Assembly: GCA_965112735.1 (NCBI GenBank)
Contig: OZ218964.1
Coordinates: forward strand, 434,001 to 498,000
Direction: 5' to 3'
Source of the DNA: Phaeosaccion multiseriatum
Lineage: Eukaryota > Protista > Ochrophyta, other classes
Length of the DNA: 64,000 bases
Shown one piece after another: positions 49,833 through 61,965 of the stretch. The notes beneath the pieces are model-generated. The model did no database searches. It had not been told where the DNA came from and worked only from the letters and a program-made list of their open reading frames with translations. How positions within the stretch are numbered: the stretch's first letter is position 1; the number at the start of each line of letters is the position of its first letter. The translations under genes and the position numbers were made by a program.

Positions 49833-51380
49833 AGTCTGTAACCTGCATCCTCCCTCAGCATCACTAACGCCTCTCTCCACATACGCGCACGCACACACAC
49901 GCACAGAGACGTGGACGCTTTGGACGATAAGATGGGGCGGTTACAAAGGTTGGGTATCGGACTCGTAAAGAGGGAGGAGCAGGGGCAGGCCACAGGACCT
50001 GTCAAGGTCGTTGCACTGGACCAAATCGGCCTAGAAGAGACCCTGGAGTGCCCAGTGCCCACGGAGGGGGACAGCAGTGGGGGGCGGGGGAGTAGCGGGG
50101 GACGCAGCAGGAGGGGCCCTTCCGAGGGGCAAGGAGGCCCAGAGGGGAGCACGGCCCAGGGGCGGGGGGGGGGCGACGGCAGGCATACGGGCAAGGCTAG
50201 GAAGAACCCTTCGATTAGTGTGTTCTGCAGGGTGGCGGCGGAGGGCCCCACGCGTATCCTGCTGGTGACCAGCCACAAGGACATGAAGAAGACCATCCAG
50301 GGCTTCAAGCACAAGCAGAGGGAGCTCAAGGCACAGCTCAAGAAGGTGGGTGTGGGTGCGTGCGTGCGTGCGTGGTGGGGGGAGGGGGTCCCACCCCGCA
50401 GTCTGGGGGGGGCGTCTTTTTTTTTCCGCAGCATTTTCGCTCCTCTCCTCTGCCAGTGAGACAAGTCCTCCCTCAGCCTGACCCTGACGCCCTCATGCCT
50501 GACTCGCTCTTTCTGTCGGTCTGTGCCTCTCTCTGTGCCATGGGATGGGATGGCAGTCTCTGGCCGTACTGGACATGTACCGCTGCTGGCTGGACGTGGT
50601 GGAGGAGGAGCAACGCAAGAAGATGGCACGTTACGGCTCGCCTCTGAGCCGAGCTCTCACCATGGGCCGCATACCCGCGGGAGGGGGAGGGCCCAGCCCA
50701 GCCGAAGGGGGGCCCCTTCCCCTTCCCCTTCCCCTGCTCGTGGATCGCACTATGCCCCTGCACATGACCATGCGCGAGTCTTCACCAGTGCTTCAGCTTC
50801 CGGCGCCGATACTCGCCTCTATGGGGGGCTCAGATAGAGACAGAGACAGAGACAGGGGGGGCTCTCGGTCGCCTGTCCCTGCCTTCATGGGTGGGGGTGG
50901 GGGTGGAGAGGGTCGTGGAGCTGTGGCGCCGACTTCGCCTCGAATGGAGTACATTCGAGAGCTCCAGAGGGCGTACTCAATGGCAGACTGCCAGTCCACT
51001 CGCTCCAGTCACAGCGACGCCGCGCAGGGGAGAGAGGGGAGGGAGAGCAGGGCGGTAGGAGCGGAGGCTGGAGGTGCCGAAGAAGAAAAAGGAGGAGGAG
51101 GAGGAGGAGGAGGAGGAGGAGGAGGAGGAGGAGGAGGAGGACCTTCTCAGGGCTTGAGGGCGTACTTGGGAAGCCCCTGGAAGAAGCCTCAGGGCGGCAG
51201 CGGCAGCGGTGGTGGTAGCAGCGAGCCGCTCTTGGAGGACGAGAGGATGCTTAGGAGGGAGGTTGAGGAGACGGGCATCACTGCGCCGGACCAGGTGAGG
51301 GCATATGGACAGGCGTGTGGAGGGAGGGTGAAGTTCGCGACCTGCCCACTCTCTTCGCTGGACTTTTTGACTGAGTGCGC

Positions 51381-51411
<31 letters not shown>

Positions 51412-52851
51412 TGTATACATACATGCAAGCGTCTCTCTCTCTCTCTCTGACTGCGTCTCTCATCTCTCTACCGGCTGTAGGTGCTGGTGGAGCTTCTGGG
51501 GGCAAGGGGACTCCGCCCAACAGATCTTGCGGTGAGTACGCACCGAGGACACTGAGGGCCCACACCTTCTGTCCTGACACCTCTGAGGGCCCACACCTTC
51601 TGTCCTGACACCTCTGAGGGCCCACACCTTCTGTCCTGACACCTCTGAGGGCCCACACCTTCTGTCCTGACACCTCTGAGGGCCCACACCTTCTGTCCTG
51701 ACACCTCTTGTTGTGTCCTGCTCCTGCCCAACCGGTCTGTCTGTTCTGCCCTTTGTCGTGTAACCGTACCTCACGCTACACCCACCCCTCCTCACCCCTC
51801 CTCACCCCTCCTCACCCCTCCTCACCCCTCCTCACCCCTCCTCCCTCCGTCGCTTGTCCCTACCGCTCTTACTGTTGTTGCTGTTGCGCAGGGCGGTGCT
51901 CAGCCCTACTGCGTGTGCTACCTCAAGGTGCCCAAGGAGCGGACGCGCAAGGGCAGCCCCTATAATGTAAGGCTATTAGTAGTCTGTGTCTCTGTCATCT
52001 GTCAATAACTGACTGACGGTATCTCACTGCCCCTATAATGTAAGGCTATTAGTAGTCTGTGTCTCTGTCAATAACTGACTGACGGTATCTCACTGCCCCT
52101 ATAATGTAAGGCTATTAGTAGTCTGTGTCTCTGTCAATAACTGACTGACGGTATCTCACTGCCCCTATAATGTAAGGCTATTAGTCTGTGTCTCTGTCAA
52201 TAACTGACTGACGGTATCTCACTGCCTAGCTGAGCAACCTATCTATCATCCACTGCCATCCCCTCAGGGCCAGCGGGCGGTGACGTACGTGTGCGAGAAG
52301 ACGACCGCACCTGCATGGAGGGGTCAGGTGAGAGGGAGAAAGCGTGGGTGCGTGCGTGATGCGCTCTGTGCCCTGTCCTTCCTTCGTTGACTCCCCTCTC
52401 CCCTCCCATTCCCCTGTCCCACGCACTGCAGCGCTTCGTGTTCAACGTGCCGAAGGAGGCGGCTCAATCCAAGCGCGGCTTCGCGGTGAGGGTGCTCGTG
52501 CTGTCCAGGTATGTTGTTACGTATGTTTTTACGTATGTTTTCACGTACGGTTGCGTTGTCTTCTGCTTGAGAGAGGGAGTCTACGCCCCTTGGTGTCCCC
52601 GGCAGTCGCCTTTGCTTGCTTCTCTCCCCTCCGCAGTACTGACACCCCCCCCCCCATCCACTGCCATCCCCCTCCCCCCAGGGAGCTTTTCCGCTTCAAC
52701 GTGTTCCTTGGTCAGGCAGACGTCCCCCTGTCCCTGCTGGAGAATGAGGAGGAGCGCTGTGGCTGGTTCAATCTCAACCGCCGCAGCAGCCGTTTCATGC
52801 ACCTCGGGGCGGGGGACAAGATCAGCGGGAGCGTGCATCTCAGGGTGCAGG

Positions 52852-52883
<32 letters not shown>

Positions 52884-53342
52884 TGTGTGTGTGGGTGCGT
52901 GTGTTGGTGCGTGTGCATGTGGGTTCATGTGGGTGGGTAGGTGGGCATGGATCATCCGCTCGGCTTTCGTTTGCTTCCGCAGCAAGAGGAGCTGTTCTGC
53001 TCCTCCCTGCCCATTTGTGACTGCCCCTTCCCACGCAACGCCAGACTCTTCTCAACCCCCCCCCCCCCTCCCCCCCCTGTGACAGTGGATCCACCGCTCC
53101 AGCACCTTCCTGAGGTACCGTAGCCTCAGCCTCGCCGCGCTGAGCATGCGGCTGTCCCAGCGGCTGGAGCGGACGGAGTGGCTCCTCACGCACTTGCAGA
53201 GAGAGCAAGCCAAGACATCCAACAAGAAGGGCTGGCCACAGGTGAGGGAGGGAGGAGTGTGTAAGTACGGCACATGACCACGGCTCTCACACGACGGATG
53301 CCATGCGACTCTGCGGGGCCTTGGTCTGCCTGTATGCTTGTT

Positions 53343-53377
<35 letters not shown>

Positions 53378-56300
53378 CCGTGTGTGTGCGTGCGTGCAGG
53401 TGTACGGTGGGATGCAAGGAGACGACAACCGCATGAACCGCATCAAAAGGGCCTTTGAGCGCATGGGCAAGCTCGCCAGCAATGACGCCAATGACACACA
53501 CGGCACTGGCCTCGACTTGCACAGGACAGCAGGGGCATTGCATGGGGCAGGGGCAACCTCGTTGTCGGACTGGAGAGCCTCGCAGCGGCAGGGGGGGGCG
53601 CACCTCTCCAAGGAGCAGCAGCACCAGGCCGCCGCCGGAGAGGGCAGCAACCGCAGCAGCAGGGAGGGCTCTGCCTCAGACGCAGAAGGGGGGGGGGTGA
53701 GTCGCAGGCGGGCTGGAGTGCCCTCCTTGCTGTCCCGCGGGATGAGTCCGACCGAGGCGGTGCGGCAGCACATCAACAACCTGCCCACGAGGAAGCCTTC
53801 GCACGCCCGTGCAGGGAGCACGGGTGGTTCGCGTGGGAGCATGCGCATGAGAGGAGGCGGTTTGGGGGGCGGCCCTAGACCCAAGCTGACCATGCAGCAG
53901 CTACAGCACCTCGCGGTGAACCACGCGCAGGGAGGGAGTGTGACTGCAGAGCTGCTCAGTGCGCTCGACGGGGGAGGGAAGGGGAAGCTCCACAAGAGGG
54001 CGGATAGTGATGGTGCCGAGTTGGTGATACACCAGCACCAGCAGAGTGATGCGGCATTGCCTCTGCCTCCGGGGAGGGAGCGTCAAGCGGCTGCGTCCGT
54101 CAACCTCACTCGCAGAGCTTCCTTCCACCTGCAGCAGAGACACGCCAACCAATCCAACCCTGCTTCTTCCTTCCCCTCTAGCGGCAATATGCTGACCGGG
54201 GCAGGCATATGGGCAGGGGCAGGCCCAGGCGTTGTACCGGTGGGCCGCCCCAGGGGGTCCAAGCATGCCTCTCGGGTCGGGTCTGGGTCTGGGCATCGGC
54301 GGGTGGGCTCTGGCAGCCACGGAAGATTCCCTTCCGGACACTCCGCCCACGGAAGCCTCAACGGTCGATCGAGGTATGTGTATCCAAGTATGTGGGGTGT
54401 GGGGTCCCTCAGGAGATGGCAGTGGATATGCAGTGGATGGCGTAACTCTTGCCATACTCTCAGTTGCACTATCTCTGAGACGCTGTGACGCTGACCTTTT
54501 GCGTGTGCCTTCCGTTTGGTTTTATCACCCCTAGCTCTGTGTGACCAACTGCTGTATGACCAACTCCTGTATGTGCCTCTCAGGAGCAGCTTGCACGTGT
54601 CGCCGGTCCCGCATCTGTCTCGGCGCTCTCTCGGCCGCCACGTGTCAAATCTCGCCTCGTGGGGCACGGGTTCAGGCCAGAGAGGAGCAGCAGGGGGCGG
54701 GGTGGGCTTTCCACTCCTGCCAGATCAGCTCGACACCGCCGGGGCCCTCAACGGAGGGGCGATATTGCTTGGGACAGGGGCTGTGTCGCCGCGGTCCTCG
54801 CTGGAGAGGGAGAGAGAGAGGTCCGAGGAGGAGGAGGAGGAGGAGGAGGTGCCGCACCCCCCCCATGCGTCCTTGTTGCACGCGGCGAGCGAGCTTGCGG
54901 TGGTGCGGCGGATGCCTCTTGGGCTGCTCGTGGCCAAGAGCAGAGGGGCCTCCCTCTGTCACATCAACCTCAGCCACAAGAGGGTGGTGGACACGGGCGG
55001 GCAGCTCACCATCCGGCCTCTGCAGGTGTGTGTGCGTGTGTGTGCATGTGCGTGCGTGTGTGTGCATGTGTGTGTGGGGGAGGGCGCTCCCCCCTATACC
55101 TCATCTGCTGTCCTCACCGCCATTCCCCCCCCCCCCTCCTCCTCTTCCAGGCGCTGAACCTGCCAGACACGAAACACCGCGTGTATGTTGTAGTGCAAGC
55201 CAACCTTGCCAAGACGTACACAACAAAGTGGTCGAGCCGACCCGTGCCCGGAAGCATCGCCCCCAGGTGGGACTTAGAGCCTTCGCTCTCGTCTTCAAGT
55301 GGTGCCGTTGCTGTGTCTGGCGCTGTGTCGGGGTCTCCAGGGGCGGGGGGCGACACGAGTGGAGAGACTCGCGGCGGCAGTCGCGGAAGTGTTGTGTCGG
55401 GTGATGGTGCTACTGGTGCTGCTGCTGGTGCTGGTGCTGGTGCGGGCGGGGGCGGTGGAGGGGGCGCAGGGGGGCCTGAGGGAGGCGACAGGAACAAGGA
55501 CAGAGCCTCGTCCGACGACGGCCTCGCCCAGGGGGGCCAGGCGGGAGACCGCACGAGTGGAGGCAGCACTCCGGGGGGGGGCTTGCCTTCCACTGCCATC
55601 CCCAAGCAAGGCAAGTGCGTGCTGGACGTGGGGGCTCTGGAGTCGAGCGGCATTCTGCGCGTGTCTCTCTTCGCGGAGGCGTCCAAACTGTCGTGGAGCT
55701 CGGACGTGGAGCTGGGTCGACTCGAGGTGAGTGGGCGGGCAACAAAACAAGCAATCATGCAACCACGGAACAAGCAATCCTGCAACCACGTAGAGAAGGC
55801 CTGGGCCGGGCTCTTGCTCTCGCTTGCTTTTCGCTTTTCGTGTGCCTGCGTCGTCCGCTCGCTCGCTTTCCTCCCAAGGGAAGGGAAGGGAAGGGAAGGG
55901 AAGGGAAGGAAATGAAAGGGAAGGGAAGGGAAGGGAAGGGAAGGGAAGGGAAGGGAAGGGAAGGCTCAGACAGAGACCGAACCCGACCGTCCTCCTCACA
56001 TCGTGCGTGTGCCTCTAACATCCTCGTGTTCTGTGCCTGTACTGTACCTGTACTGTGCCTGTACTGTGCCCGTACTGTAGGTTCCATTGGTGGAGCTTGT
56101 GGACTGCTGCTCCTACCGCTCCTCCGGCGTCAAGGGCAAGGAGTACACAATGTGGTACCCCGTGGCATCCACAGGGGAGGGCTTAGCAGCGGCAGGGGCT
56201 GAGGGCGGCAAGGGGGGGCGGCAGGGCGGGGAGGGGGGGCAAGCAAGGGGGGCAGGCAGGCAGGCACACGCTGCCCCCGCCAGTGCGGCAGTCACGGCAG

Positions 56301-59300
56301 CTGCTGCGGTGTCTTCCTCCCCCGCGGTGCTGCTCGGTCGACTGTTTGAGGGGGCACATTGGCCGCCCTGCGCAGAGCAGAGAGAGGCCACGGACTTCGT
56401 GCGTAACCTCCCTGTCATACAACTGGCGGCGTCTTGGAGGCCCAGCAGTAACAGCAGCTCCAGCTCGGCCTACGAGGGGGGTGTGGCCGGCAGCGGCGGC
56501 GGAGGGGAGGACGAGCGTAGTAGTGCCGCCGTCGCTGCTGCCGCTGCTGATGGTGGTGGTGCTTGTGGTGTCGCTGCTGCTACTGCTACGGCTGGTGCAC
56601 CGGAAGCGGGAAGCGCAGCAGCAGCGGCGCCATCAGCCGCATCAGCTGCCGATACAGCAGCCGCGGCGGCAGTAGCAGCAGGGGCGTCTCTGAGATCCAA
56701 TGGCGACGGCGGAGCGGCAGCGACCGAAGGGGGGGGGGTGTTGACTCGCACGCACATGAGCATGAGCCTGCCCGAGGTTTCCGTGTCACTAGTGGACAAC
56801 CTCCGGGCCAAGGAGCTCCTGCACCTCACCATCAAGCAGGTGCGTACATGTGCTTTTTTTGGGTGTAGGCATATGGGCATGCGAGCATATGGGAAGAGCT
56901 TGCGGACTTCCCTCTCTGGCCTTCTCCTTCCCTTCCCTTCCCTTCCCTTCCCTTCCCTTCCCTTCTCTTCCCTTCCCTTTCCTTCCCTTCCCTTCCCTTC
57001 CCTTCCCTTCTCTTCCCTTCCCTTCTCTTCCCTTCCCTTCCCTTCCCTTCCCTTCCCTTCCCTTCCCTTCCCTTCCCTTCTCTTCCCTTCTCTTCCCTTC
57101 CCTTCCCTTCCCTTCCCTTCCCCTCCCTTCCCTTCCCCTCCCTTCTCTTCCCTTCCCTTCCCTTCCCTTCCCTTCCCTTCCCTTCCCCTCCCTTCCCCTC
57201 CCTTCCCTTCCCTTCCCTTCTCTTCCCTTCCCTTCCCTTCTCTTCTCTTCCCTTCCCTTCCCTTCCCTCCCCTTCCCTTCTCTTCCCTTCCCTTCCCTTC
57301 CCTTCCCTTCCCTTTCTCTTCCCTTCCCTTCCCTTCTCTTCCCTTCCCTTCCCTTCTCTTCCCTTCCCTTCTCTTCCCTTCCCTTCCCTTCCCTTCCCTT
57401 CCCTCCCCTTCCCTTCTCTTCCCTTCCCTTCCCTTCCCTTCCCTTCCCTTCCCTTCCCCTCCCCAGAGAGCTGAGTGGCCTCTGTGGCCTCTCGGCCCTT
57501 GCTTATTATACCCCGTATGCCTGCCCCATATGCCCCATATGCCTGCTAATGTATGCATGTATGCTCTGTCTCTCTCTCTCTCTCTCTGGCAATGCACAGG
57601 TCGACTGCCGCTACGCCGAGTCTCGCGAACACACCCGTGTAAGCTGTGTGGTGGGCGGGTTGCAGCTCGACAACCAAACCATCCAGCCCAGCGCCCCGGT
57701 GGTCATGGCGCCCACCCCGGTACCCTACCCACAGCCCACCCTCCAACTGTCAGCGGTGCGCAACAATGTCAAGAGTCACGCACACCTTCATCACTTGGAG
57801 TATGCCGGAGTCTTGCTACAGGAGGTGGACCTGACGCTTGAGCAGGCTCTCATCACAGACCTTGTTCAATGGGTGGTTGACAGGATGGACTACGCCTTGG
57901 AGTCGAGGGGCAGGAACCTGTTGGCAGAGCAGGCAGGAGGGTGGGGGGGTTTGGCGCACAAGAGAAAAGACGTGGGGGGCGGCGACGCAGGCAGCGGCAG
58001 CGGGAGGGGCGGCGGCCGGGGGGGCGACTGGCGGGGTAGAGGGGTCGCGAAAGGAAAGAGGGATGGGAGGCGGGGAGGAGGAGGAGGAGGAGGAGGAGGA
58101 GGAGGAGGAGGAGGAGGAGGAGGAGGAGGAGGAGGAGGAGGAGGAGGAGGAGGAGGAGGGGGGGGGGGGGGGCGAGGGGAAGAGGAGGCGGGGCCGGGCG
58201 AGTACAAGTACGACAAGGACGCGGAGGAGAAGATGCACCTCTACATGGAGAGCCTACAGCTCTTCCCCGTCAAACTCAACATCTCCTTCATCAAGAACAG
58301 CAACATTAAGGACCTATTCACGCTGCTGGCCAGCCGCAGCAGACAGGAAGAGTGGAGCAGTCAGGGGGGGGGCGGCGACTTGTTCGGCTACGGAGAGCTC
58401 GGACTGCTGCAGGGGGGTGACGATGCCAATCTCAAGGTCAAGACGAGTGCTACGGGTAACATCGGTCGCTTGCTGCTCGAGTTCATCATCAACCTCACAA
58501 ATGACATCAGGTGTGTCTCCATGTCAATGGAAGCACGTGTTTGTGGAAGTGAAGCGCCTTCGTTCAATTCCGTCGGTCATTCCGTCACGCTCTTGTGTGC
58601 CCTTGTAGCTTAACCTTAAATGGCCTTGGCTTTCCTTGCGGCATTGCCACCCGCCACTCTAGCGTCGAGAGACCGCGTGTTGAGCATCCTCCCTCCCTCC
58701 CTCCCTCCCTCCCTCCATCCATCCATGTCCCCCCCCCCTCCCTCCCTTTTCACAGCATCTCCCCCGTGCGCCTCAACGGCAAGCACATTCCCCACCTGTG
58801 GAATACCCCGCAGCAGCTCCTTCAGGCCCTACAGAGCCACTACGTCGGCGCCGTGGTGGGACAACTCTACAAAGTAGTGGGGTCCTTCGACTTCCTTGGT
58901 GACCCTTTGGGTGCCCTGAGCGAGCTGGGCACGGGTGTCAAGGATTTCTTCTACGAGCCCTCTCTGGGCCTCATGCGCTCCCCCACGGCCTTTGGCGTCG
59001 GAGTGGCCAAGGGCACGTTGTCTCTGGTGGGCAACACCACCTCAGGGGTACTCGGATTCACCACCAAGGTCAGTGAGTCAGTGCCTGATGTCAGCCAGTC
59101 AATCAGTCAATACCTGGTGTCCGCCAGTGCCTGGCTCAGACCGCCTTTTCTCGCGTTGAGTGACTTAGTCGCACCCCCCTGGCAAGTCCGCTCGGAGCCT
59201 TCCTGAGGAGCCTTCCTGAGGAGCTCTCACCCTGAGCCCTTCCCTTCCTTTGTCTCATCTTCCTTCCCTTCCTGTTTCTCATCTTCCTTCCTTTCCTGTT

Positions 59301-61933
59301 TCTCTTCCTTCCTTTCCTGTTTCTCATCTTCCTTCCTTTCCTGTTTCTCGTCTTCCTTCCTTTCCTGTTTCTCATCTTCCTTCCCTTCCTGTTCCTTGCG
59401 TGACCCGTCTTCTCTCTGCCTCTGTGCTCTGCCTCTGTACTCTGCCTCTGTACTCTGCATCTGTGCTCTACCTCTGTGCTCTACCTCTGTGCTCTACCTC
59501 TGTGCTCCACCTCTGTGCTCTACCTCTGTGCTCCACATCTGTGCTCTGCCTCCGTGCCTTCCCTCCGTATGTGTGGCTCTCACCAGATTACGCGCTCTGT
59601 GGGCGGTGGCGTTGCAGCACTAACCCTCGACGAGGAGTACCAGGAGAAGCGCAATCAGAAGCGCATCCGCACAGAAACCGGCTGGAGGGGCGCCGGCAGG
59701 TGCGGCAGTTATGGGGTGGAATGGGACGGCAGCTCATGGGACCGGTCATCCTCCAGCAAGGAGCTCAGAGGAGAGAGGCAGGCCATGTGCTCTGCTGCTG
59801 TATGCCGCCATGTGCTGCGATGTGCTGCCATGTGCTGCCATCTGCTGTCCACATCGACCGATCCATCCATGCATAACTGACCACTCACTCACTCACTCAC
59901 TCACCTCACTCACTCGCTTCACTGCACTGTGTACTTGATCACGACACCCTCCCCCCCCCCCCCCAAACAGACTCATGTACCGCTCGGGCAGCGACGTGTT
60001 CAAGGGTGTGTACTTCGGGGCCGCGGGGCTGCTCACAGAGCCCTACCACGGGGCCAAGGAGGAAGGACTGTGGGGCTTCGGGAAGGGACTGTGCAGGGGG
60101 GTGTTTGGTCTCGCACTCAAGCCCCTTGTAGGGATACTTGACGCCATCACGCACACGGGGGAGGCCATGAGGGAGATGGCGGGGGGTCTCGTGCAGGGAG
60201 AGCAGGTGGGGAAAGGAAAGGCATTGATTGATTGATGGCATTGGGCATTCATTGCATTGGGTAGTGTATTGGGGCACAGGTGGAGTGGAGAGGGAACAAG
60301 GAGCGCTGTGGTGATGTTGATTTCATTTGATTGAATTGATTGATTGAGTAAGTGCTAAATTCATTTGATTGTGATTTAATTGCTTTTGATTGAATGGGTT
60401 GGTTCATTAAATTTGATTAGTTGACTCATTTGCACTGATTGCAGCCTCCCCTCCCCTCGACTGATCGACCTCCTTTCCCCACACACGCACACGCACACGC
60501 GTACACGCACATGCACACACGCACATGCACACACGCACATGCACACACGCACTCACACACGCACTCACACATGTTGGTGATACACAGCTCCCCGAGGTAC
60601 GCCGAACGCGTCTCCCACAGCCCTTCGGTCCCGACAAGCGCATGATGCCCTACACCGCCGACACCGCCAGGGGTGCGCTACTGCTGGCCCAGTTCCCACC
60701 CTTCGGCAAGGTCAGGGCTGTCCACACCAACCTCGACTACGTCAAGGCGCGGGACGTCATTGGGGTCGGGGGCCTGGTTGGGGGGGTGGGCCACCAGGTG
60801 GCGGCAAGGAGGGAGGGAGGCAGGGAGGGAGGCAGGGAGGGAGGCAGGGAGGGCAGGGACGTGCGGCAGATGAAGGAGGGCGAGCATCTGCACGGGGAAA
60901 TCATCAACAGCCCCGTGGCCAGCTCCGGCTCTGCTCTCAGAGGAGGGGCGTTCTCGGCCATCAACGAGGACGAGGCGGAGTACGGTGGCATTGAGCATGT
61001 GGGGGCAGGGGGGGGGAGGCACGGCGCATTGGCCACCACGCCGGCTCGGTCACCCGCTGCTTCTACATCTTCCGGGCAGCGCTTTACCGGCGGGCAGCGC
61101 TTCCACAGCACTCGGGCACGGCTTGCCTCCGGAGAGTGAGTACCCAACTGGCTGACTGACTGGCTTGACTCACTGAGTACTCGACTGACTGACTGACTGA
61201 CTGACAAACTAACTTGCTGGCTGACTGACTTGACTCACTGAGTACCCGACTGACTGGCTGACTGACTGACTTGACTCACTGAGTACCCGACTGACTGACT
61301 GACAAACTAACTAACTAACTTGCTGGCTGACTGACTTGACTCACTGAGTGCCCGACTGACTGGCTGACTGACTGACTTGACTCACTGAGTACCCGACTGA
61401 CTGACTGACAAACTAACTTGCTGGCTGACTGACTTGACTGTCTGACTGACTGACTGACTGACTGACTGACTGACAGACTAACTTGCTGGCTGAGTGACTG
61501 ATCGACTTGCTGATGACCATGAAGACTTGCCCCTCCCTCCCAGTCCTCACCAAGCCCTCCTTCCTCTCTACTTGTGCTTGTGCAGGCCCAAGGCTGCGAT
61601 GCGCATGTATCAGGCAGGCAGGGCCAGCAAGGGCAGGTGAGTGAGCACCACACCCAACTGCATCCATCGTTTCATTTTGCTCACCATCTGTTGCCATCTG
61701 CTGCCCACCTTGTGGTCTTTAGGAACCGCCCCGACTTCGTAATCATGGCGGAGGCCCTGGTGAGGGCACGCACAAAGTGGTGGACCGTCGTGGTCATCAG
61801 GTAAAGAGGAGTGAGGAGGGAACATCCACTGCCTTCCCATCGACTGCGTTCCTTTCAACTGCAATCCCATGCTCATGCCCGTGCGTGACTTGTGCTCCTC
61901 CTCCTCCTCCTCCTCCCCCTCCTCCTCCTCCCC

Positions 61934-61965
<32 letters not shown>

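Larger units (their letters stand above)
51280..53100 (+). other. First C2 domain within VPS13, encoded by several small exons
   Basis: QVLVELLGARGLRPTDLAGGAQPYCVCYL...TYVCEKTTAPAWRGQRFVFNV...VRVLVLSRELFRFNVFLGQADVPLSLL...GWFNL...SGSVHLRVQW. Confidence 0.85.

Noticed and set aside
51552-52223. CRISPR-like regular repeats
   Set aside because: Head-to-tail copies with no unique spacers, no cas genes, and a eukaryotic intron context.
56470-57841. ORFs with FPSLP or REGKG repeats
   Set aside because: Read-through of the (CCCTT)n intron 56840-57599.
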